From contig OY769902.1 of NCBI GenBank assembly GCA_963669175.1, positions 224,001-288,000 on the forward strand: 64,000 nucleotides of DNA, written 5' to 3'. The position numbers and the translations under genes were made by a program. Below, one piece after another: positions 28,873 through 39,811 of this stretch. The DNA is from a bacterium (GTDB lineage: Bacteria > Electryoneota > Electryoneia > Electryoneales > Electryoneaceae). The number at the start of each line of letters is the position of its first letter. Position 1 is the first letter of the stretch. The notes beneath the pieces were generated by a model. The model did no database searches. It was not told where the DNA came from and saw nothing but the letters and a program-made list of their open reading frames with translations.

Positions 28873-31209
28873 CTAAAACGTAAACGTCTTCGCGTTACCC
28901 AAACGATCAGTCAGGGTAACTTCATCCAACTGCACCGCGCCGGATTTGTTCTGTGGCACCTGGAAGCTGCCGGTATAGGCTGTCCCGGCTTCGTTCAACA
29001 GCAGCACACCCTGGTACGTAAAATCACCGATGTGTACCTTGAAAGGCGCGGCTTTCACCAGGCCGCCCGGATCTTTGCACTCGATGGTAATTTCGACACG
29101 CTCGCCGCCATTGGCCGTCCTCGGATTCACACGGCTTCCGGTAATGGATGGCGCGTCAGGATCGTACAGCACTTCCGCTTCCTGAATCCCCACATTCCGA
29201 GCATCATCAACCGCCTCAAAACGCAGTGCGTTTTTCCCTTTGGACAGCTCGACGGTTGCGATGAATTCACCGCTCATCACGGTCAGGGGCTTACCGTTCA
29301 GCGTGAGCTTCTCCCCGCCGCTCAGGGTGCCGTGGATCTCCAATGAAGAGTTCGCCACGGATACGGGAATCGGACGTGTGAAACTGATAACCGGTGGTTC
29401 GGTATCCACTTCCGCAGTGAAATTCTCCTGGTGTGTCGCCCCGGTCTGTGTGGTAACCGTAACCGAAAACTCATCGGCCTCGGTCAGCAGCGGCAGGCTC
29501 GCCTGGAAACGCCCGTCAGCGTCCGACTGCGTGTGTATCTCAAAACCGCCGGTAATGCTTTTGAATGCCAGATTGCACTGCGGGGTGGTGGTTCCGCTTA
29601 TAGCCAAAGCGCCGCCTGTCGCCACAAAACGGTTGGTGCCGAGGGTCGGCAATGATGGATCAAAGGTGATTACGATTTCACCTTCACGCACCAGCTTGAC
29701 AGTACGTTCGATAACCGTCTCGTTGCCTGCCCTATCTGTCGCGACAATCGCAATCACATTATCACCGGGCATAAGTCCGATGACCAAATTGTACTCACCG
29801 GCCGGGTTCACATTAGCTGAATGTCCGGCAACTCGCACCGTCGCTTCCGGTTCCGTAGCCCCGTTCACCTGTATCGAATCCGACGTCACCAGGATACCGT
29901 CTTCCGGGGAATGAACCACCAGGAACGGCGGGTTTTCATCGAGAATGATGGAAAAGGATGCGCCACGCCCCATCCGGCCAGCAAGGTTATCCGGCGTATA
30001 GGCCAGCACACGCCAGTAGTAGGCGCCATTGGTCAGGTCATCCGGTATCGGGAAACTGGTGGAACGCTGCTTTGCCGTGTGTAGAATACGTGAGAATTGC
30101 GCATCTTCTGCAATCTCGATCTTGTAGGAGCCAGCCCCATCCACACCGTTCCAGACCAGCTCACCTTCGGTATCGTAAAGCTCTGTGCCGTTCGCAGGCG
30201 TCACCAATTCCGGTGTGGGCAACAGGTTCTGCGGTTCACTCGGCGCCTGATTGCGTCGCACGACCGAGCCCTGGTTTTCTTCCAGCACAACACGGCTGCC
30301 TGCAGCGGCAATCGCCAGCTCGCCCTGGTAATTGGCAAAACTGGCCGCTTCGGTGGATTTGTTGACACGAAATGCCTGTGAATTGATTTCCGTCTCCACG
30401 CCTTCTACCTGGAAATCAAAAGCTTCCGTAGCCTTGCCACCGCCAAGCAATGCCAGCACATCGCCCTCGATCAGGCTTACACTGGCCTGTTCGCTGTTGG
30501 TCAGGCGGTTTTCACGCATGGACTGGATCAACGCCTGCGAGTTTTCCTGCAACTGGATACGGCTGTTGTTCTTGAACAGGATTTCAGCATAGGAGTTGGA
30601 CAACGTGCGAACCTTTTCCTTCTCCACGAAGCTGTCCTTCACCTGGCGTTCATACCAGGTATTGTCCGATGGTTTACGGCTCTGGACACTGCCACGCTTG
30701 AAGTGCAGCACTGCTTCGCTGGCGACGTCCTGCTGTTTCACGCTTGCATTCAGCGCGGTTTGGGCATGTTGGATCGATTGTTTGGCAAGCGAGGTGCATT
30801 CGGACCATTCGCCAGCCTTCCGGTGAACGATAGCCTGCTCACGGAAGTCGATAGCCGCCTGGATTTCATCGGCCGCGAACATCTTGGCGCCGGCACGGGT
30901 TGCTTCCTGGATAAGCTCTGTGCTTTTGTTGACGTTGTTATTGGCGTCGGTAATCGCTTTGACCGGGATTTTCAGTTTGGTTCCGGGACGCACCTGGTCC
31001 GGTGAAGTCAGCTCGTTGGCACGGAGAATATCCTCCCAAAGGTTTGGGTCTCCCAGGTACTGCTCCGCAATGGCTCGAATGCTCTGGTTGGGTTCAACCG
31101 TAATCACAACTTCCCTGCCCTGGGCGTGTGCATTCCCTCCCCAGACCATGCACACAAGCAGGAATAATAACGCGAACCCACTCCCGATTCTCCCCGGTCG
31201 TGCTATCAT
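28873..31209 (-). CDS. Exported LysM - helical (DUF4398-like) - FecR - multiple Ig-like domain protein
   Basis: Signal ending AHA-Q; LysM SIRAIAEQYLGDPNLWEDILRANELTSPDQVRPGTKLKIP; FecR EKVRTLSNSYAEILF...IQLQENS; repeated DxxPP...ATDRAGN Ig modules. Confidence 0.85.
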   Translation of the reverse strand: MIARPGRIGSGFALLFLLVCMVWGGNAHAQGREVVITVEPNQSIRAIAEQYLGDPNLWEDILRANELTSPDQVRPGTKLKIPVKAITDANNNVNKSTELIQEATRAGAKMFAADEIQAAIDFREQAIVHRKAGEWSECTSLAKQSIQHAQTALNASVKQQDVASEAVLHFKRGSVQSRKPSDNTWYERQVKDSFVEKEKVRTLSNSYAEILFKNNSRIQLQENSQALIQSMRENRLTNSEQASVSLIEGDVLALLGGGKATEAFDFQVEGVETEINSQAFRVNKSTEAASFANYQGELAIAAAGSRVVLEENQGSVVRRNQAPSEPQNLLPTPELVTPANGTELYDTEGELVWNGVDGAGSYKIEIAEDAQFSRILHTAKQRSTSFPIPDDLTNGAYYWRVLAYTPDNLAGRMGRGASFSIILDENPPFLVVHSPEDGILVTSDSIQVNGATEPEATVRVAGHSANVNPAGEYNLVIGLMPGDNVIAIVATDRAGNETVIERTVKLVREGEIVITFDPSLPTLGTNRFVATGGALAISGTTTPQCNLAFKSITGGFEIHTQSDADGRFQASLPLLTEADEFSVTVTTQTGATHQENFTAEVDTEPPVISFTRPIPVSVANSSLEIHGTLSGGEKLTLNGKPLTVMSGEFIATVELSKGKNALRFEAVDDARNVGIQEAEVLYDPDAPSITGSRVNPRTANGGERVEITIECKDPGGLVKAAPFKVHIGDFTYQGVLLLNEAGTAYTGSFQVPQNKSGAVQLDEVTLTDRLGNAKTFTF

Positions 31210-31550
31210 TTTCCGTCCTTGTCCTGAACAATACTGATCCGCACCAGCCTTCATAGCAAGATACAATGAGAAATGTACTCAAATGAAAGGCGCTTCGTTG
31301 GCTATCATGCCTCTCTTTTGAACAGAGTACCACTATTCACTCAATCGGTAAGTTTCTGGGAATAGTTTATGAAAGGGAGAGATGAATGCGTGTTTCGCAG
31401 TAGTGAATCAACTATTGGTGACAGATGACCCGATGCACACGCAAGGACGAGTAGCCCGATGCACTCGTGAGAGTAATAATGTTTCTGTTGATGAACGGGT
31501 ACTATGAGACGGCCCTGATCTGCGACGCAACCAGGCGTGGATCGGGATGG

Positions 31551-31811
31551 CGGGTGGCCCGATTTGCCGGAAGTGCGACATGATTCTTTAAAATGTTGAC
31601 AACACTTGTGAGTCGTTGTCCTGTGATGCGGACGATGAGCAAGTCAGGATCGCGCAAGGGTTCAACATCCAAAATCAGGATAGATTTTTTACTTGTGTCA
31701 CTATCCCAACTTTGCCCATCAGCGCCGATATAAAAGGAAGTCCTGTTTCCGTATCATGCGCGGCATTGGTATCACCATCATCACAGGGCTAAATCGGGCC
31801 ACCCGACCTAC
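31551..31811. repeat. Perfect 15-bp inverted pair about 240 bp apart, with a GTAG-REP-like end
   Basis: cgggtggcccgattt (31551-31565) and aaatcgggccacccg (31791-31805) followed by acctac. Confidence 0.5.
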
Positions 31812-31844
31812 ACCCTTCCCTGGACTGATCTTTCTCTGATACAA

Positions 31845-33317
31845 TCACAACGGATCAGGAACAACATCCTCGCGCCAGGCGACAATATCGAACATGGCAG
31901 CGCCGTTGCCATCAATCGCATTGACGAAGCATGGCGGCGCACTATCATCCAAACGGATATCGTAGAGGTAATTCTTTGCATACCCGGTGCCACCGCAATT
32001 GGAACGGTGTACATAGCCGCGACGTTTCTGCGTTACCGACCCCCTGAGTATGATCTCGCCACGTTCATCCTGGTTTCCCGGGTGTTCCCCCAGCGGATCG
32101 CACCACCTGTACTCATCCCAGGTATCATTCTGATGTTCGAAGGTAAACGATTCACCCAGGGCAACAATGGCTGCGGTGATCATAATATGTGATCCGTCAT
32201 GATTCCCCTGGGATGCGTGCAACCCATTCCCCTGCCCATTGGCTGGAGTATCCTTGATGATAATTTGCCCCTCGCTGACCAACCCGAGCATGTACAGGCT
32301 GGAAAGGGTCTCGTTCGGTTCATCCAGGGGAACATCCGCCAGCTTGATATTGTCGATCAGTTCCATGCTTCCGCTACACCCGACAGTTGTCACCCCACTA
32401 ACCTGCTCGCCATATATTTCCAGGTCACCATCGACAAATACAATGTTGTGGTAAGGAATGAGATTCTCGAAAACGATCATGGCAGAATCATAAGGTTCAC
32501 CACGAATATACTGTTGCAGCATCCACCCGGCTTCTATTCCCTTCATCCGGGTCATCCGCGTACCCACATAATCATGATAATAGTGGCCCATGGAAATTGC
32601 GCAGTTTCGAACATTTTCAGCGTATGACGGGAAATGCACTTCGGGCGCGTTGAAGATTGGTTCATAGGTGAAATGCGGACTGTACCCCGCGCCCTGAATA
32701 AAGGCTTCCGCACACGTACTGACCGGACCGTTAAAGGTCGGCGCGTATTTTATGCCTATCCTGTCATTGGAGTGGGTGCGCCCCGTCAATACATCAGGCG
32801 TCCAGAACCAGATAATCTCATTGTATTCTGTGAGTTCCCGGTCGGTCAGGTACAGGTAGTTGGCGTAGGTGCGAAGGTGTGCGCGCATGGTGACCTGGCG
32901 GGTAACCTCATTGACTCCACCGAGGGGTTCTTTGACTTCCACTTTGCCACGCGCACTCAAGTCATACGACCAGCTTGTATAAAAAACATTGCTCTCCTGG
33001 GAAGCATCAATAACACGCGACACTTTCACATGATCATACTCCCCGATGATATCACCATTCGTGTTCCGCATGACCCCGGGATGCAGGTATTCCACTCCCG
33101 GCGGCAACTGGCATTCGGGACGGCTTCTCAATTCTCCCAGCGCTTCATTCAACACTCCATACTGCGCCACATACAACGCCTGCGAATGCGCCAGAGAAAC
33201 CTGCCCCTGGTATTTCTCCGCAACCGCCCAGGACATGAACGCAATACTGGTCGCCAAAAGGAAAAGAACCATCAGGATAGCATGAAGAAACAAGGAACCA
33301 CGTCTCATGCGCAACAT
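31845..33317 (-). CDS. PilX-like N-terminus / DUF4900-like protein
   Basis: RRGSLFLHAILMVLFLL...QALYVAQYGV pilin-assembly-like start; GRTHSND, GSVTQKRRG, GYAKNYLYDIRL...PP. Confidence 0.6.
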   Translation of the reverse strand: MLRMRRGSLFLHAILMVLFLLATSIAFMSWAVAEKYQGQVSLAHSQALYVAQYGVLNEALGELRSRPECQLPPGVEYLHPGVMRNTNGDIIGEYDHVKVSRVIDASQESNVFYTSWSYDLSARGKVEVKEPLGGVNEVTRQVTMRAHLRTYANYLYLTDRELTEYNEIIWFWTPDVLTGRTHSNDRIGIKYAPTFNGPVSTCAEAFIQGAGYSPHFTYEPIFNAPEVHFPSYAENVRNCAISMGHYYHDYVGTRMTRMKGIEAGWMLQQYIRGEPYDSAMIVFENLIPYHNIVFVDGDLEIYGEQVSGVTTVGCSGSMELIDNIKLADVPLDEPNETLSSLYMLGLVSEGQIIIKDTPANGQGNGLHASQGNHDGSHIMITAAIVALGESFTFEHQNDTWDEYRWCDPLGEHPGNQDERGEIILRGSVTQKRRGYVHRSNCGGTGYAKNYLYDIRLDDSAPPCFVNAIDGNGAAMFDIVAWREDVVPDPL

Positions 33318-33592
33318 ACATCCCCCTGCTCAGTAATATGACTTATCGGGCACACCTTACGGCCTGAGTCCGAATATGAATCCGTATCAACTGGGGATGC
33401 GTTATGAATGTTTATGTGCGGGGGTGTGCTGTCGCTGCTTCCCCCTCCAGGAATGCGCGACAGTGTTTATTAAACTAGCAATCTGATAACGCAAAATGCA
33501 ATGCTGTGAGAGCGAAAAGAGTTCTATCTACATAACAATCCGGGACTGATCAATGAGATCAGTCCCGGGTTCCATGGTAAACATGATCTATT

Positions 33593-34144
33593 TTAATGAT
33601 CCTGCTGGTCTGTGTGGTTTTCTGTCAGTTTCTGCCGAACATGGGCTGCCAGGATCGTTATTTCTTCCTGGTTCAGGCTGTTGTCCAACGCATGCAGCAA
33701 CGGCGACAGGTTCAAATAAGAATGCTCATCGTTCAGCGCAGTTAAGACATGATGGGCACCACGACGCAAGCGAACCGATTCCGGGTAGTTGATCAGTGCT
33801 GTCAACAGGGGCACAAGCGTCTCACTACCGATACTGATCAGTCCTTTGGCAGCCATCCAGGCGATATCCGAATCATCATCCCAAAGCAGGTTGACAAGGT
33901 TCGGAATTGATTCCCCATCTCCGATCTCGCTGATCGTCCTCACAACTTCCCACCGGGTTATGGTGTCTTTCGTTTCCAACATGGGCAGGAGAATATGAGT
34001 TACCTGTGACCCCTTGGCTACCAGTGCTTCACGTGCCATCTGACGAACCTTGCCATCACGGCTGCTCAGCAGGCCAATGACATCGTTAATAGATTTCTTA
34101 CTCCTGGACCGGGAAGTTTCTGTTGCTGTCTGTAGGTTTTCCAT
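33593..34144 (-). CDS. HEAT-repeat protein
   Basis: LLSSRDGKVRQMAREAL, TRWEVVRTISEIG, LLWDDDSDIAWMAAKGL; AGGAG before ATG 34144. Confidence 0.8.
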   Translation of the reverse strand: MENLQTATETSRSRSKKSINDVIGLLSSRDGKVRQMAREALVAKGSQVTHILLPMLETKDTITRWEVVRTISEIGDGESIPNLVNLLWDDDSDIAWMAAKGLISIGSETLVPLLTALINYPESVRLRRGAHHVLTALNDEHSYLNLSPLLHALDNSLNQEEITILAAHVRQKLTENHTDQQDH

Positions 34145-34178
34145 GATCCTTCTCCTTTCTTCGGGACAAGTCCCGTCT

Positions 34179-36608
34179 CTATCGTGCGAAAAGAATATCT
34201 TCGTGATCAAGCAATTTGTAAGCAGCCACCTTCACACCATCAGTGATCAGGAAAGCCGCAATGGCATACCCCCATACCAGCATGGCATTCTCCCAACCGA
34301 TAGGCGTGACATACCAGCCATAAACGGCGACAAGCGTTGCCAATACCTTGGTGGCAATGGCGGACCAAAGCAGGGTATTGCTGGGGCGTATGGACCAGAA
34401 CGGCCCACGGGTACGCGTGATGAACAGCGTCAAATGTCCGGCCACAGCCAGTTTCAGGAAGATGAACGACTGGATGGCGTCATGGTTCAGGCCCAGCACA
34501 CGCAAGCCGATGTAGAAAATCCCGAAGCTCGAAATGACGCCGATTACACCAAGCAGGGTGGACATACTCAGGATCACCCGCATGTTCCACTTCTCCGGGA
34601 ACTGGGACTGCTTTACACGGTCGTTGGCGATTGCCATGATCGGAGCATCATTGAATAATGCCAGCAGCACAATCATGATGGCGCTGACCGGGTAGAAGTG
34701 GAATACGATGATGGACAACGTGATAAACAGCAACACACGTATCGTCTCAGCGATACGGTAAATAGCGTAACTGTTCATCCGTTGGAATGTGTTCCGGCTT
34801 TCCTTGATAGCATCAATAATGACCGAAAGCCCCGGACTGGTCAGCACAATATCCGCCGCATTCTGAGCGACTTCCGTTGCGCCGGAAACTGCTATACCGA
34901 TATCAGCACGTTTCAAAGCCGGGGCGTCATTCACGCCATCCCCGGTCATGCCTGTGATATGGTTATTCTGCTGAAGCGACTCGACGATATCATACTTCTG
35001 CTGGGGGAATACTTCGGCAAAACCATCCGCCTCTTCAACACTGCGCAACTGCTTCCTGTCCTTCTGATCATCCAGGCTGGATGCGCTGACAATGTCGGTC
35101 CCCAAACCGATATCTTCAGCGGTCTGACGAGCGATTGCCGTATGGTCACCGGTGATCATCTTTACCTGGATGCCCATCTCGGAAGCAGTTTTTAATGTCT
35201 GCTTCGTATCCTCCCGTGGCGGATCAAACAACGCCAGCACACCGTCAATCTGCCAGTCCCGATCAGGCGTCTTCGATGCGACAGCCAGCGCACGGTAGCC
35301 CTTCTTGCTATAGGTCTCAACCTGCGCATTCAAGGTTTCCACATCTTGACGACGAACCCCTTCCAAAGCGGCGATGACCTGCGCAGCGCCCTTGGAAACA
35401 GTGATTCTCTGCCCCTCGACTGTCACATCCGCCTCGGTGCGTTTCTGAACCGGGTCAAACGGCGTGAAGTGGAGAAGGTGTGCTTTGTCCAGTTTTCCGG
35501 ACATAGCATCATACTTCTTCGCAGCTTCGAAGATGGCGGAATCGATGGGATCATCATTTTCTTCCCGTGACGCCAGCGATGCCAGGAACAGGAGGTCTTC
35601 ATCCGTATTGCTGCCCAGTGGTGTAGCATCTACCAGGGACAGCTCGTTTTTCGTCAATGTGCCTGTTTTATCGGAACAGAGGACATCCATCCCGGCCAGT
35701 TCCTCGATTGCCACCAACCTGCGGACAACAGCCTGACGTTTGGCCAGGTTATATGCGCCAATCGCCATCGTTACCGACATCACAGCCGGTAAAGCCACCG
35801 GGATGGCGGCCACGGTCAAGACGAGGGCAAATTGTATCGTGTCCAGCATGTTTTCCGAACGGAACAGGGCGATGATCACAATCAGGGCAACCAACGCCAC
35901 CGCAAGCACAATCAGGTAATCGCCAATCTTGTATACAGCCTTCTGGAAATGACTTCGGGGTTGTTCATCGCTGACCAGTTGCGCCGTCTTTCCGAAAAAC
36001 GTGTTCTCGCCAGTTTTAGTGACGATCGCTTCCATTTCGCCCTGTCGCACCAGTGATCCTGAATAGGCGGAATCATCGTTGTGCTTTTCAACAGGAAGCG
36101 CTTCCCCGGTCAGGGCGGACTCATCTACCAGCAGGTAATCGCCGTTCATCAGGTTCACATCCGCCGGGATAATATCGCCGGGACGAATGCGCACCAGATC
36201 ACCGGGAACCAGATTCGCTGCGGATTGGGTTGACCATGCACCATCTCGCTTGACACGAGCGTGAAGAGCCATCCGATCCTTCAGCATGGCAATGGTCTTT
36301 TCCGCTTTGAACTCCTGCCAGAATCCTACGATAGCATTCAGCAGCAAGAGTGCTACAATAATCGCAAGGTCTTCCCAGTGATGAATAACAGCGGAAAGGA
36401 TTGCAGCCGTTTCTATCATCCAGGGGATAGGCCCCCAGAAATAAGCCAGCAGTTTTCGAAGCGGGCTCTTTTTATCTTCACGCAGGGTATTGGGGCCGTA
36501 TTGGGCCAACCGTTGCTCGGCCTCTTGCCGGGTTAATCCCTGCTGTGAAGGATGATTAAGGTCCGGTAGTTCCGGCTCCTTTTCGGTATCGGGTTTTTGC
36601 GTTTTCAT
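34179..36608 (-). CDS. P-type ATPase, plasma-membrane proton-efflux (P3A) type
   Basis: FWGPIPWMIE, DESALTGE, AIPVALP, CSDKTGTLT, TGDGVNDAPALK, YRIAETIR, NDAPIM. Confidence 0.92.
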   Translation of the reverse strand: MKTQKPDTEKEPELPDLNHPSQQGLTRQEAEQRLAQYGPNTLREDKKSPLRKLLAYFWGPIPWMIETAAILSAVIHHWEDLAIIVALLLLNAIVGFWQEFKAEKTIAMLKDRMALHARVKRDGAWSTQSAANLVPGDLVRIRPGDIIPADVNLMNGDYLLVDESALTGEALPVEKHNDDSAYSGSLVRQGEMEAIVTKTGENTFFGKTAQLVSDEQPRSHFQKAVYKIGDYLIVLAVALVALIVIIALFRSENMLDTIQFALVLTVAAIPVALPAVMSVTMAIGAYNLAKRQAVVRRLVAIEELAGMDVLCSDKTGTLTKNELSLVDATPLGSNTDEDLLFLASLASREENDDPIDSAIFEAAKKYDAMSGKLDKAHLLHFTPFDPVQKRTEADVTVEGQRITVSKGAAQVIAALEGVRRQDVETLNAQVETYSKKGYRALAVASKTPDRDWQIDGVLALFDPPREDTKQTLKTASEMGIQVKMITGDHTAIARQTAEDIGLGTDIVSASSLDDQKDRKQLRSVEEADGFAEVFPQQKYDIVESLQQNNHITGMTGDGVNDAPALKRADIGIAVSGATEVAQNAADIVLTSPGLSVIIDAIKESRNTFQRMNSYAIYRIAETIRVLLFITLSIIVFHFYPVSAIMIVLLALFNDAPIMAIANDRVKQSQFPEKWNMRVILSMSTLLGVIGVISSFGIFYIGLRVLGLNHDAIQSFIFLKLAVAGHLTLFITRTRGPFWSIRPSNTLLWSAIATKVLATLVAVYGWYVTPIGWENAMLVWGYAIAAFLITDGVKVAAYKLLDHEDILFAR

Positions 36609-37379
36609 CAGACTTCTCCCTGGGATGTTTTCCCTAAAGGGAACAGACATCCTATCCTTGTTTATGTACTAGTGGACCATTACATCAGCAATAGACCACC
36701 AGATAGGTCATGGATAAGCAGGAAATGAGGTACACGTGATGTGGTGACCTGATGGTCGGGGTGCAGCGTCCAGGCAATGAAAACTGTCTGGGCGTTGGCG
36801 AATTGGATCCGAATTCGTAACTCGGCCACCCCGCCAACCATGCCCTTCTTGTTCTAACCGTTTTACGGATCGGCAAAATGGTCGTTCCGTACGTTTGAAA
36901 ACAATTTCCCAGATCCGAGCAAACGCTTGTCGGGATTAGTATTTAGCAGCTTCATACTGATTGACGGATTGGTAGAATCGGGTACGCTGGGCGCTGATAT
37001 ACGAAAATCGCCGTTCTGAAGAGAGAACACATACCAAGGTTGATTTTTTAGACCAGGGTAGAGACACAAAAAAACTATGACTGACGAGTACAATTATTCT
37101 TGTGTTTGAAGAAATAGTCCTAGGATTCCTGTCAATACTACCGTATTATAGAGTAGTTGTGCGTTTGTCGTGGAACGTATTCCGCATTTGGCGATAACCG
37201 GTTGCATGTTTGCCAGTTTGCTGCTTGAACTCGCATTTCATCCTCATCCTTCCCATTTGCTTTTCACGAGAACAATCCTTGCCATTGATAGAATTAGTAA
37301 TTGCATCAGATGCTAACGGCATCCAAACATTGCGGCTTATTTATTATGCCTCAATCCACACTTACAATGCGAGAACCCA

Positions 37380-38864
37380 TTGAACGTCCTTCTGATTTAC
37401 CCGGCTTTTCCGGATACGTTTTGGAGTTTCAAACACGCCCTGAAGTTTGTATCCCGTAAAGCGACAGCACCTCCCTTGGGACTTCTTACGATTGCGGCGA
37501 TGCTTCCTCGAGAGTGGAACCTCCGTGTTGTCGATATGGCAGTCGAAAAACTGAAGGAATCTCACCTCGTCTGGGCGGATATGGCCATGATCAGCGCGAT
37601 GCTGGTTCAGCGTGAATCAACCGAACAGGTGGTTGGCCGGTGTAAAGATCATAACCTGACTGTAGTCGCTGGCGGACCGTTATTCACAGCTTATTCTGAT
37701 GAATTCAGCGAATCAGGCATTGATCATTTTATTCTGAATGACGGTGAAGCCACATTGCCACGTTTTCTGGAAGACTGGCAGAATGGCTGTCCGGAAGCTG
37801 TCTATTCTGAAGCAACCATGCCGTCGATGCAAACCACACCAGCGCCACGCTGGGATCTGGTAAATCTGCGGAAGTACGCAGAAGTCAACATTCAATACTC
37901 TCGTGGTTGTCCATTTGACTGTGATTTCTGTGATATTGGAGTGTTGTTTGGCCGGAAAATTCGAACAAAAACTAAGGAACAGATCCTGGCAGAACTGGAT
38001 GCGCTACATGCCCTGAAATGGAAAGGCAATATTTTCTTTGTTGATGACAACTTTATCGGCAACAAACCCAAACTGAAAAAAGAGCTGCTTCCTGCAATTC
38101 ATACCTGGCAGAAGAAGCATGGTTTTCCGTTTACCTTCAGCACAGAAGCCTCCATTGATCTTGCTGATGACGCCGAGCTGCGATCCCTGATGATTGTGTG
38201 CGGTTTTACATCTGTTTTCATCGGAATCGAAACCGTCAACGAGGCATCCCTGCAGGAATGCAATAAACTGCACAACCAGAACCGTGACACCATGGAATGT
38301 ATCCGTACCATTCATGACAGCGGTATGATGGTTAAAGGCGGCTTTATTGTCGGTTTTGATAATGACGAGACTAACATTTTCGATGCGCTGGTAAATTTCA
38401 TTCAGAACAGCGGTATTGTCACCGCCATGGTCGGCTTGTTGAATGCGCCAAAAGGGACACAATTATATAACCGGTTGCTGAACGAAAACAGAATTATCGG
38501 AAACATGTCCGGTAATAATACCGACGCCAGCATAAACTTCATTCCAAAAATGGATGTTGCTGAACTGATCAACGGGTACAAGAAAGTTATCGAAGAACTG
38601 TACACCCCGAAAGAATACTACAAACGAGTAAGGCAATTCCTGAAAGACTATCATCCGATCAAGCTTAAAATCAGACCAAATATCGGCCCAAAAGAAGTAT
38701 CCGCCTTCTTAAAATCAATTTTTGTTCTGGGTATGATTGAAAAAGAGCGATTCCATTATTGGCGTCTGCTGTTCTGGACTATCCGCAAACGTCCGGCTCT
38801 GTTCGCGCAGGCAGTAACTTTAACGATTTACGGTTTTCACTTCAGGAAGGTTTTTGAGCTCTAG
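37380..38864 (+). CDS. B12-binding radical SAM protein (DUF4070 type)
   Basis: PPLGLLTIAA B12-binding region, SRGCPFDCDFC, FFVDDNFIGN, VFIGIET, GGFIVGFD; TTG start. Confidence 0.9.
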   Translation: MNVLLIYPAFPDTFWSFKHALKFVSRKATAPPLGLLTIAAMLPREWNLRVVDMAVEKLKESHLVWADMAMISAMLVQRESTEQVVGRCKDHNLTVVAGGPLFTAYSDEFSESGIDHFILNDGEATLPRFLEDWQNGCPEAVYSEATMPSMQTTPAPRWDLVNLRKYAEVNIQYSRGCPFDCDFCDIGVLFGRKIRTKTKEQILAELDALHALKWKGNIFFVDDNFIGNKPKLKKELLPAIHTWQKKHGFPFTFSTEASIDLADDAELRSLMIVCGFTSVFIGIETVNEASLQECNKLHNQNRDTMECIRTIHDSGMMVKGGFIVGFDNDETNIFDALVNFIQNSGIVTAMVGLLNAPKGTQLYNRLLNENRIIGNMSGNNTDASINFIPKMDVAELINGYKKVIEELYTPKEYYKRVRQFLKDYHPIKLKIRPNIGPKEVSAFLKSIFVLGMIEKERFHYWRLLFWTIRKRPALFAQAVTLTIYGFHFRKVFEL

Positions 38865-38906
38865 TGAACCAGTTTATTCGCCTGATATTGATTGCGATAG
38901 ACATAG

Positions 38907-38932
38907 CAAAGCCCCGCAAATGCGGGGCTTTG
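38907..38932. terminator. Bidirectional terminator between convergent genes
   Basis: CAAAGCCCCGCA-aa-TGCGGGGCTTTG. Confidence 0.8.
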
Positions 38933-38963
38933 ACGTGAATGAATGATCAAATTGAGCAACTGG

Positions 38964-39650
38964 CTACTTCTTGATCGGACTGTCCTTCATACACAGGAAC
39001 CAGTCCAGGCACTCATAGTCATCACCGGCGCCATCGACACGGTCTTTCGCGGTGCCGCAGGAACCCGGAGGCGGGATGATAACCTTGTCTTCCGGGGTCC
39101 AGTTGGCCGGGGTGGCGACACCGTACTCATCGGAAGTCTGCATCGCGATCAGGAGACGCTTGATCTCCTGCATGTTGCGACCATTGGACAGCGGGTAGTA
39201 CAGGATCGCACGCACGATGCCGTTGGGATCAATGATAAATACCGCGCGTACCGCCTGGGTTGTACTTGCAGCCGGTTGCAGCATGCCGAACGCCTTGGAT
39301 ACATCCATCTTCAGGTCACTGATGACCGGGAATTTGACTTCCACGCCCTTCATGCCTTTGAACTCGATCTTTTCCTGGATCGTACGCAACCACGCGATAT
39401 GGCTGTACGTACTGTCGATCGAAAGGCCCAGCAGTTCGGCGTTCAGTTCCTTGAACTCATCCGCCATGCTGGCAAAGGTCATGAATTCGGTGGTGCATAC
39501 CGGGGTAAAATCGGCCGGATGCGAGAAAAAGATGACCCACTTGCCCTTATAGTCCTGCGGAAAATGAATCTCACCCTGTGTGGTTTCAGCGACAAACTCA
39601 GGCGCCGGTTCGCCAATCAACGGCATCCGTACTCTTTCTTCTTCACCCAT
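38964..39650 (-). CDS. Peroxiredoxin (Prx6/TSA family)
   Basis: FSHPADFTPVCTTEF, RAVFIIDP, YYPLSNGRN, ATPANW, C-terminal CLDWFLC. Confidence 0.93.
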   Translation of the reverse strand: MGEEERVRMPLIGEPAPEFVAETTQGEIHFPQDYKGKWVIFFSHPADFTPVCTTEFMTFASMADEFKELNAELLGLSIDSTYSHIAWLRTIQEKIEFKGMKGVEVKFPVISDLKMDVSKAFGMLQPAASTTQAVRAVFIIDPNGIVRAILYYPLSNGRNMQEIKRLLIAMQTSDEYGVATPANWTPEDKVIIPPPGSCGTAKDRVDGAGDDYECLDWFLCMKDSPIKK

Positions 39651-39811
39651 CTTTACTTCCTCCTCACTTGCGTGTAATGGTCCACTTCATTGTGGATTAT
39701 TTTTTGCCCCCACATTCAACGATGTGTACAACACTTATATTGGGCTAATGTATCTGACTGTCAGGTCACACTCATGAAAAACATGTATTCAAAACCAGAC
39801 GGAACTTGTAC

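Noticed and set aside
36685-37093. Two short minus-strand ORFs upstream of the ATPase
   Set aside because: No motif, RBS or compositional support; left unannotated
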